Below are positions 1 to 5,878 of a stretch of 5,878 bases of DNA, one piece after another (position 1 is the stretch's first letter; the number at the start of each line of letters is the position of its first letter). A program made the translations under genes and the position numbers. Source of the DNA: Octopus sinensis. Taxonomy: Eukaryota. The notes under the pieces are model-generated. The model was not told the DNA's origin. It saw nothing but the letters and a program-made list of their open reading frames with translations, and did no database searches. The stretch is taken from positions 1-5,878 of the forward strand of contig NW_021829456.1 of assembly GCF_006345805.1 (NCBI RefSeq), written 5' to 3'.

Positions 1-80
1 GAATAAAATCGTTTTTCTTTGGAATAGAAAAAAGTCTATCATTATTTCATCTTTTGCTGGTGTCTCAAATTAGGTTAAAT

Positions 81-197
81 CAGTGCTTCTCAAAGGGGTG
101 GCCTATGGACAGTCGGACAAGTTGTTTTGAGAAAATTTGGTTTCAATGTTTGACAACTCAGCACTGTCCATTGGACGGGGGGGCCGTTTTTCTCGCA
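81..197 (+). mobile_element. Possible left-end fragment of a hAT (Charlie-like) non-autonomous DNA transposon
   Basis: Begins CAGTGCTTCTCAAA, resembling hAT/Charlie terminal inverted repeats (CAGTGNTTCTCAA). No exact matching right end or clean 8-bp TSD in the window. Confidence 0.3.
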
Positions 198-246
198 ATA
201 TATATATATATATATTATGGAACCTTTACTATTGTATATAATTATA

Positions 247-284
<38 letters not shown>
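198..284. repeat. Two (TA)n microsatellites (198-215 and 249-284)
   Basis: Directly visible dinucleotide runs. Confidence 0.97.
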
Positions 285-286
<2 letters not shown>

Positions 287-788
287 CAGCAGCAGGTTCT
301 CAGGGAGAAAAATCTATTATCAATAGTAATTAAGGGTAAAACTAATTAATTACGAAGTAATCAATAAATTTCACCAAGTAGAATTCGGTATGAAAACAGG
401 ACCGTTATACGGTAAATTCTAGTAATACTAATATTAAGGGATCAGCAAAAGAAATGCATCACCACACACCGAAGTTCAGAAATAGAGGCCAAAATCTAAG
501 CCATTTCTTCTACTTAAAAAAAGGGTCTACCAGAGAAACCATAATACTTGAATCCCATTCATCCAGGCAGAGGGTAACGTAACGAAAATCAATCAATATC
601 TGATTATCCATAGACGCGCGTTTCGGATATTGATTGATTTTCGTTACGTTACCCTCTGCCTGGACGAATAAGATTCAAGTATTATGGTTTCTCTAGTAGA
701 CCCTTTTTTTAAGTAGAAGAAATGGCTTAGATTTTGGCTGTTATTTCTGAACTTCGGTGTGTGGTGATGCATTTCTTTTGCTGTTTCC
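285..788 (-). mobile_element. Probable Penelope-like element terminal-repeat (pLTR) remnant with inverted duplication, lying between (TA)n tracts
   Basis: Bounded by (TA)n at 249-284 and 789-806. Contains a long inverted repeat and the minus-strand motif GAAACGCGCGTC, typical of minimal hammerheads in Penelope-like elements. No RT or GIY-YIG coding sequence is seen, so the family call is inference. Confidence 0.5.
443..783. repeat. Long inverted repeat: arms 443-600 and 626-783 (158 bp), 25-bp spacer
   Basis: Manual alignment of the left arm to the reverse complement of the right arm: no indels, 7 mismatches in 158 bp. Confidence 0.98.
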
Positions 789-806
789 ATATATATATAT
801 ATATAT
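789..806. repeat. (AT)n microsatellite
   Basis: Directly visible. Confidence 0.95.
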
Positions 807-890
807 GTCCGGCCAGCCATGATCTTTGTTTTTTAGCCTGACAGCCGACCACCAACACCTCTTATGTCCATCTCCTATGTTCCTGCCTTT

Positions 891-1273
891 GTGGAGGTGC
901 AATGGCCCAGTGGTTAGGGCAGCGGACTCGCGGTCGCAGTATCGCGGTTTCGATTACTAGACCGGGCGTTGTGAGTGTTTATTGAGCGAAAACACCTAAA
1001 GCTCCAAGAGGCTCCGGCAGGGGATGGTGGTGATCCCTGCTGTACTCTTTCACCACAACTTTCTCTCACTCTTACTTCCTGTTTCTGTTGTACCTGTATT
1101 TCAAAGGGCCGGCCTTGTCACTCTCTGTGTCACGCTGAATATTCCGCGAAACTACGTTAAGGGTTGCACGTGTCTGTGGAGTGCTCAGCCACTTACACTT
1201 TATTTCACGAGCAGGCTGTTTCCATTGATCGGATCAACCGGACCCTCGTCGTCGTAACCGACGGAGTGCTTCC
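891..1273 (+). mobile_element. Full-length tRNA-derived SINE (octopus-type), 383 bp, with 14-bp TSD
   Basis: A box TGGCCCAGTGG at 903-913; B-box-like GTTTCGATTAC at 947-957; perfect flanking direct repeat ATGTTCCTGCCTTT at 877-890 and 1274-1287. Confidence 0.92.
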
Positions 1274-1657
1274 ATGTTCCTGCCTTTAGACTTTCAGTTC
1301 ATAAACGCTGGTTCAGTTTGATTCGTTCTCAGTCGAAAAACACCGGATGTTGTTCTTGTTGTTTGTATCGTAATTGTGTACCATGTTCTCCGTTTTTTTT
1401 TTTTTTGTGGCCGTACACATTCGCTAGCTTTCTTACAAAGTGGTCTAATGCTCTTAGCTTAGACTTTTTGGGGGGCAACCAGATCGTACTATCTCAAGTG
1501 TAACTGCCCGAAATGGTCATGACTTCTGGTACTGGACGAAAGATAGAAGGCTTCTGCTTTTGCCTGTCCTTCTAATTGTTGGTTCTCGTGACCGCCTTTG
1601 TATCGTCTCTCTGTCCGAACGTTTTAATGTCCTCTATTGCGTTTTTGTTCCGTTTTC

Positions 1658-1662
<5 letters not shown>

Positions 1663-1715
<53 letters not shown>
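1663..1715. repeat. Compound (AC)n(AT)n microsatellite
   Basis: (AC)n at 1663-1700 followed by (AT)n at 1701-1715. Confidence 0.97.
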
Positions 1716-1721
1716 CCCACA

Positions 1722-1794
1722 GACATATGGCGTAGTGGTTAAGAGCGAGGGCTACAACCCCAAGATTCCGAGTTCTATTCCAGGCAGTGACCTG
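1722..1794 (+). mobile_element. tRNA-derived SINE head (Pol III internal promoter); not a functional tRNA
   Basis: A box TGGCGTAGTGG at 1728-1738; B-box-like GAGTTCTATTCC at 1770-1781 at tRNA-like spacing; acceptor stem does not pair; followed directly by (AAT)n. Confidence 0.85.
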
Positions 1795-1873
1795 AATAAT
1801 AATAATAATAATAATAATATAATATCTAAATAATAATAATAATATAATAATAATAATAATATAATATAATAAT
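1795..1873. repeat. Imperfect (AAT)n microsatellite
   Basis: Directly visible; forms the 5' flank of the LINE fragment. Confidence 0.95.
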
Positions 1874-2249
1874 ATGCTTTCTAATTGATGTATCAATACC
1901 GGCAGATGACAACGTGTCTCTAAAAGAAATGGAGAAACTCTCAAAATACAAAGACCTGGAAATAGAGGTAACTAGAATGTGGAACCTGAAACAGACAGAA
2001 CAATTCCTATCATAGTAGGTGCATTAGGCATGATAAAAAAATATTCAGACAAATACAATAACAAAAACACCAGGACTTACAAACACATATAACATACAGA
2101 AAATTGCACTACTAGGCACTGCACACATCCTACGCAGAAAACTTTCCATACAATAACCATCAGAGCACACAACAAATCACAGCACATACCCAAGGCACAC
2201 AGAGCTGCGCTCGGTAGTGAAGTGAAAGCACGCTATAAAAATAAAACTA

Positions 2250-2251
<2 letters not shown>
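1874..2251 (+). mobile_element. 5'-truncated non-LTR retrotransposon of the Dong/R4 (restriction-like endonuclease) type: ORF C-terminus plus 3' UTR
   Basis: From 1875: CFLIDVSIPADDNVSLKEMEKLSKYKDLEIEVTRMWNLK; frameshift near 2000 to IPIIVGALGMIKKYSDKY; frameshift near 2057 to ITKTPGLTNTYNIQKIALLGTAHILRRKLSIQ* (TAA 2154-2156). This matches the endonuclease C-terminus pattern ID..P..K..KY.DL...P.I.GALG of R4/Dong elements. It is flanked by (AAT)n on both sides, the known Dong target. Confidence 0.9.
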
Positions 2252-2313
<62 letters not shown>

Positions 2314-2329
2314 CAACAACAAAAACAAT
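2252..2329. repeat. (AAT)n grading into (AAC)n
   Basis: Directly visible; LINE tail or target repeat. Confidence 0.97.
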
Positions 2330-2497
2330 GACATCGAAAGGAATGAGAACCTTAGGAATGAGAACCCAAGTTCGAAATTTTCCCCAAGACACCTGATGAA
2401 GGCTGGAGGGTATATCAGCCGAAATGTTGTGTCAACAACAAACAAGATGAGGACAGATATCGGTCAAATGTAAATAATGTAAATAATGTAAATAATA
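2330..2497 (+). mobile_element. Short retroposon body carrying a hammerhead ribozyme and a (AATGTAAAT)3 tail; probably the 3' half of the SINE headed at 1722-1794
   Basis: Hammerhead at 2388-2433; tandem 9-mer tail at about 2467-2497; local duplication GGAATGAGAACC at 2340-2351 and 2355-2366. Linkage to the tRNA head is inferred. Confidence 0.65.
2388..2433 (+). ncRNA. Minimal type I hammerhead ribozyme
   Basis: Stem I GACAC (2388-2392)/GTGTC (2429-2433); core CTGATGA (2393-2399) plus an extra A; stem II GGCTG (2401-2405)/CAGCC (2416-2420); GAAA (2421-2424); vestigial stem III A-TG-T; NUH triplet GUU with predicted cleavage after 2428. Confidence 0.8.
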
Positions 2498-2690
2498 TCT
2501 CCATCTTATTCTTCATTTCAATTAAGTCATCTCATCTGTTGATAGTTTCTCACAGCCCAGCGTCCTTGTTTTTATAAAACATCTATCGCATAAATAGAAC
2601 CTGAAAGGATACTTGGAGGCGCATGGCGTATTTTATGAATATACCTCGTGAAAGTATCAGAAACATATGATAATTCTTCTAGCGCTTTCG

Positions 2691-2984
2691 GTATGTGTGT
2701 TAAAGTATGTGTTAAAGTATGTGTGTAAGGCGGCGAGCTGGCAGAAACGTTAGCACGCCGGGCGAAATGCTTAGCGGTATTTCGTCTGCCGTTACGTTCT
2801 GAGTTCAAATTCCGCCGAGGTCGACTTTGCCTTTCATCCTTTCGGGGTCGATAAATTAAGAACCAGTTACACACTGGGGTCGATGTAATCGACTTAATAT
2901 CTATGTCTGTCCTTGTTTGTCCCCTCTATGTTTAGCCCCTTGTGGGTAATAAAGAAATAGGTATGTGTGTTAAAGTGTGTTAAA
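2691..2984. repeat. Short tandem repeat GTATGTGT(GT)TAAA interrupted by the SINE at 2727-2960
   Basis: Units at 2691-2704, 2705-2716, 2717-2726 (partial), 2961-2974 and 2975-2984 (degenerate). Confidence 0.8.
2727..2960 (+). mobile_element. tRNA-derived SINE with a MetaSINE-like central domain
   Basis: A-box-like TGGCAGAAACG at 2739-2749; B box GAGTTCAAATTCC at 2801-2813; GCCTTTCATCCTTTCGGGGTCGATAAATTAAGAACCAG (2829-2866) resembles the conserved MetaSINE/Sauria-type core; flanking direct repeat GTATGTGTGT at 2717-2726 and 2961-2970. Confidence 0.9.
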
Positions 2985-2987
2985 TAA

Positions 2988-2988
<1 letters not shown>

Positions 2989-3040
<52 letters not shown>

Positions 3041-3045
3041 TGTGT
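2989..3045. repeat. (TG)n microsatellite
   Basis: Directly visible. Confidence 0.97.
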
Positions 3046-3108
3046 AACCGCACGTGGATCGTAGGCGATTTTTTCTTATTTTTCCTTCATTTTCTTGGAA
3101 CTTTTCCC

Positions 3109-3140
3109 TTTCCGACGAAGAGCCGTGCTCGAAATGCAAA
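3109..3140 (+). ncRNA. Degenerate minimal hammerhead ribozyme motif (probably inactive) in a T-rich Penelope-like 3' remnant (about 3046-3265)
   Basis: CCGACGA (3112-3118, one mismatch to CTGANGA), A, GAGC-CGT-GCTC (stem II), GAAA (3131-3134), then TGCA. The conserved U of the NUH triplet is replaced by C and stem I is very weak. Confidence 0.5.
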
Positions 3141-3407
3141 CAACTCTCTCCTTTCACCGAGCATTAAGTTAGTCTATTTATTCTACACTTTTTCACGTTC
3201 GTTTTTTTTACCATTTTTTAATCTTTTTTTTTTTTTTTCAAATGTTTGTTCTTTGAATTGACTATTTACTGCCTCCTCACACGGACCGGGCCCCGTCCTT
3301 CCGACTGCTTTTGGAGTTCCTGGTTCATGGAATTCTCTCTACCATTGGATTTTGCCACCTTTTTTGTTCATTCAGTGTACGTCATTTCAGCACTTTTGGT
3401 TGTGAAT

Positions 3408-3459
3408 CACACACACACGGAGACACACACACACACAGACACACACACACAGAGACACA

Positions 3460-3508
<49 letters not shown>
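3408..3508. repeat. Imperfect (CA)n microsatellite
   Basis: Directly visible, with GA interruptions. Confidence 0.97.
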
Positions 3509-3510
<2 letters not shown>

Positions 3511-3615
3511 GCCATCAGTCCTCCATGTTGCCAAACTCCAAAAATAACCAACCTAATAAAATATTCTAAACAAAGAATCCAGATTTCTCAATTTTACGCT
3601 TTTTATGCTTTCTCG

Positions 3616-3669
<54 letters not shown>

Positions 3670-3774
3670 GCTGTTGTTGTTGTTATTATTATTGTTGTTG
3701 TTGTTGTTGTTATCATCATCATCATTTTTATTATTATTATTGCTGTTGTTATTATTGTTGTTGTTATTATTATC

Positions 3775-3806
<32 letters not shown>

Positions 3807-3973
3807 CATCATCATTATTATTATTATTATTATTATTGCTGTTGTTATTATTATTATTGTTGTTGTTGTTGTTGCTCTTCCTTTTTTTCTTCTTTCTTCT
3901 TGCTTTTCTTCATGTTATCATTATACTTATTGATGATGATGATGATGACGATGACAACGACGACGACGACGAC
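3616..3973. repeat. Compound trinucleotide microsatellite (AAT, ATT, GTT, CAT, CTT, GAT, GAC)
   Basis: Directly visible; it produces the poly-L/S/D and poly-M/I/T ORFs in the track. Confidence 0.97.
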
Positions 3974-4055
3974 AGTAATGATAACAGAAGCATTTTTTTA
4001 TTGTTTGTTAATATTTTTTTTACTATTGTTGCTCCGCGTTTGATCGGTGCTATCC

Positions 4056-4078
4056 CACACACACACACACACACACAC
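4056..4078. repeat. (CA)n microsatellite
   Basis: Directly visible. Confidence 0.95.
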
Positions 4079-4150
4079 CTTTTCGTGTGTAATATTTCGT
4101 CTTTTGATGTAGTCCTCAAAGTTTTGGGCCCTTGTGACCAATAAACAAAA

Positions 4151-4238
4151 TCATCATCATCATCATCATCATCACCTTCGCCGTTTCACTACCATTATTA
4201 TTGTTATTGTTTGTGACGTTGTTGTTGTTGTTGTTGTT
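4151..4238. repeat. (TCA)n, (ATT)n and (GTT)7 microsatellites; the last is the (AAC)n 3' tail or target of the minus-strand LINE
   Basis: (TCA)n at 4151-4174; (GTT)7 at 4218-4238 abutting the LINE 3' UTR. Confidence 0.93.
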
Positions 4239-4310
4239 ACCTCATACATGGAGAAGAGATTAGTCCGCTAGAAAAGGCGAATTCCTGACATCGGGCCACA
4301 AGAAGTAACC

Positions 4311-5409
4311 TTAAATGCCAAGAACCTTTCTAAGTGTCCTAGATGTCTCTAAAAATCCTGCTTTCTGGGGCTGTACTAAACCATCTTTCCTCTATCCATC
4401 TGTTCAAATGTTCAGCAATAGTTCCTAATGTTCCTATGACTACGGGGATACATTTTACCCCCACTTCTCATAATCTCTGTAACTCAATGGCCAGGTCCTG
4501 GTACTTTGCGATTTTCTCTATGCCTTTCATATTAACTTCCTCATCGTTTGGGACTGTAAATTCAATTATCTGGCCCTTTCTATTCCCTTTGCCTACTATT
4601 ACTTAACCAGGCATTTTAGCTTCTATTAACCTGTCTGTCTGAATGCTAAAATCCCAAAACATTTTATATTTATTACTTTCTAGCACTTTACTCGGTTCGT
4701 GTTAATACCATTTAACAGTATGGGCAAATCTTAGATTGTGTAACTCTCAGGGTAGTCATGTCTTTTCCTGTAGTCTTTCTGCACCAGCATACTAGATTCG
4801 TGAACTACGAGTAACACTTCCTTCTTTTAATTTACATAACCTACATTGGAAATTTACTTTATCTTTGTCCTCTATGCCTGATCTTGTACTGCTATTTTTC
4901 AGTCATCCTTTCCTCAACCACAACTATGTTTCACTGTTACTGTTGCCTTGGAAATCTACCGTGCAGTGACTTCTCTTCCCACTTATATAAGTTTTCTTCC
5001 TTTTACTGGCTTCTAAACTTATTTGATTTTTTTGTTTCCCTACCTCCAGCTGTTATTCTTGCAGTTCCTGATAAAATTTCTTCACTATTACCTACACAGG
5101 AGGCTATATCTAATCCAGCTAACTCCACAAAGTCCTCTACTTTGTTCAAAGCCTCCCTGGACCTCAAGTGGCCTGAACTCTTTACATGAACACCACCCTG
5201 TACTTAACTCCATGTCCCCCTACATGGCCTTGTTATTTGCTTTTGAGCCAAATTAACTAACTAACTAACTAATACTAATATTAAGCCTCTTCCACCTTCC
5301 TTTCTAAATAAATACAGTCCTATTACTCTTGCTCTTAGACGAAGTCCTCCAGCCGCATCGAATTCCTATCTGACTTTCCTGTCTAGATTTGATAATTCAG
5401 ATTTTGTCC
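4311..5409 (-). pseudogene. Disrupted RT-endonuclease ORF C-terminal portion of the LINE
   Basis: Recognisable motifs interrupted by multiple in-frame stops, frameshifts, internal deletions and one insertion. Confidence 0.88.
5142..5272 (+). mobile_element. Nested 131-bp 5'-truncated retroposon 3' end with (CTAA)n tail
   Basis: TACT is duplicated at 5138-5141 and 5273-5276. Removing the insert plus one TACT restores minus-strand EGGRGLILVEDFVEL. The insert ends in AACTAACTAACTAACTAA and has a hairpin CCATGT/ACATGG at 5210-5227. Confidence 0.75.

Positions 5410-5410
<1 letters not shown>

Positions 5411-5446
<36 letters not shown>
5411..5446. repeat. (ATT)12 microsatellite at the LINE 5' junction
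   Basis: Directly visible. Confidence 0.97.
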
Positions 5447-5687
5447 GACAAAAAGTCTCTGAATAAGGGTTGTTTGAGGATGTTGAACAAAACACTGATG
5501 TTTCCAGAGATGATTTATCCAAACCTCTAAGAATCCCTCTCAACTGGTTAAGGTCAAACAACTGACAAGCAAATCTGTGGTATTGAGCAGAACATTTGTT
5601 GTAGGCCATCTTTTATACCAACACAAAACACTTCCAATCAGTTAAAATCAGAAGCCACGAGAACCACTTATACTATATCAGGGCAAT
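5447..5687. mobile_element. Unclassified probable interspersed-repeat fragment between two (ATT)n tracts
   Basis: Complex sequence bracketed by (ATT)n like the neighbouring LINE pieces. It resembles a common octopus repeat from memory only; no coding motif was recognised. Confidence 0.35.
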
Positions 5688-5702
5688 TTATTATTATTAT
5701 TA

Positions 5703-5741
<39 letters not shown>

Positions 5742-5760
5742 TATTATTATTATTATTATT
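5688..5760. repeat. Imperfect (ATT)n microsatellite
   Basis: Directly visible. Confidence 0.97.
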
Positions 5761-5878
5761 TCCTTCTTTCTTCAAATTTTCTTGCGTTTCTCGCCGAGTG
5801 TTTTCCGTACACCAAGGGCAAAGAAGCTCATTGTATGCATTCCCAGATTACTCACGCAAATTTACAGGTAAAATCTGT
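5761..5878 (-). mobile_element. Probable 3' UTR of a third Dong/R4-type element, running off the window end
   Basis: The minus strand has CCCTT-GGTGT-acggaaa-ACACT-CGG, the same stem-loop motif as the two other LINE 3' UTRs, then a purine-rich stretch and an (AAT)n tail. No coding portion is in the window. Confidence 0.55.

Larger units (their letters stand above)
4239..5410 (-). mobile_element. Decayed, 5'-truncated Dong/R4-type non-LTR retrotransposon (RT thumb, zinc knuckle, restriction-like endonuclease, 3' UTR)
   Basis: Minus-strand motifs in the expected order: LYLFRKEGGRGL (GGRGL at 5282-5296), KWEEKSLHGRF (LHG at 4958-4966), CRLC (4834-4845), YRKRHD (RHD at 4755-4763), WDFSIQTD (4633-4656), EKIAKYQDLAIEL, CIPVVIGTLG, LRKVLGI* (stop at 4311-4313). 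Flanked by trinucleotide repeats. Confidence 0.93.

Noticed and set aside
975-1257. Two short ORFs (61 and 77 aa)
   Set aside because: They lie wholly within a TSD-flanked SINE; chance ORFs.
1722-1794. Functional tRNA gene
   Set aside because: No paired acceptor stem, irregular anticodon loop, mutated T-loop and no oligo-T terminator; better explained as a SINE head.
2369-2383. AGTTCGAAATTTTCC as a second Pol III B box
   Set aside because: Only a partial match, with no A box at suitable spacing; cannot be supported from one copy.
2614-2630. TGGAGGCGCATGGCGTA, similar to the SINE start at 892
   Set aside because: Similarity ends after about 16 nt; no complete A box and no B box.
2467-2984. 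Short direct repeats considered as a CRISPR-like array
   Set aside because: Units are 9-14 bp, directly tandem with no spacers, in eukaryotic repeat context.
1560-3569. ORFs with HT, CV, YI, N, I or L homopolymer or dipeptide runs
   Set aside because: They arise from (CA)n, (TG)n, (TA)n and (AAT)n tracts or cross unrelated repeat boundaries.
3605-4144. 179-aa ORF and overlapping minus-strand ORFs with poly-I/L/S/D/M tracts
   Set aside because: Stop-free reading of compound trinucleotide microsatellites; no domain-like sequence.
4343-5256. Plus-strand ORFs 4343-4606, 4884-5189 and 5023-5256
   Set aside because: Antisense shadows of the decayed minus-strand LINE ORF, which holds the real motifs.

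Overview
AT-rich, non-coding eukaryotic DNA made almost entirely of microsatellites and nested retroelements. No intact protein-coding gene is supported: the ORF-track entries are microsatellite read-throughs, chance ORFs in SINEs, or antisense shadows of a dead LINE. The SINE families and microsatellite density resemble an octopus (coleoid cephalopod) genome; this is recognition from memory, not a search result. Contents: (i) a 158-bp-arm inverted repeat between (TA)n tracts whose spacer holds the 3' half of a minimal hammerhead ribozyme; (ii) two complete tRNA-derived SINEs with target-site duplications; (iii) a probable composite element of tRNA head, (AAT)n, complete minimal hammerhead ribozyme and 9-mer tandem tail, split by a Dong/R4-type LINE 3' end inserted in its (AAT)n; (iv) a second, degenerate hammerhead; (v) a decayed minus-strand Dong/R4-type LINE carrying a nested short retroposon; (vi) a probable third LINE 3' UTR. 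The three LINE 3' ends share one small stem-loop motif. The most interesting candidate is the Pol III-headed, ribozyme-bearing SINE at 1722-2497.
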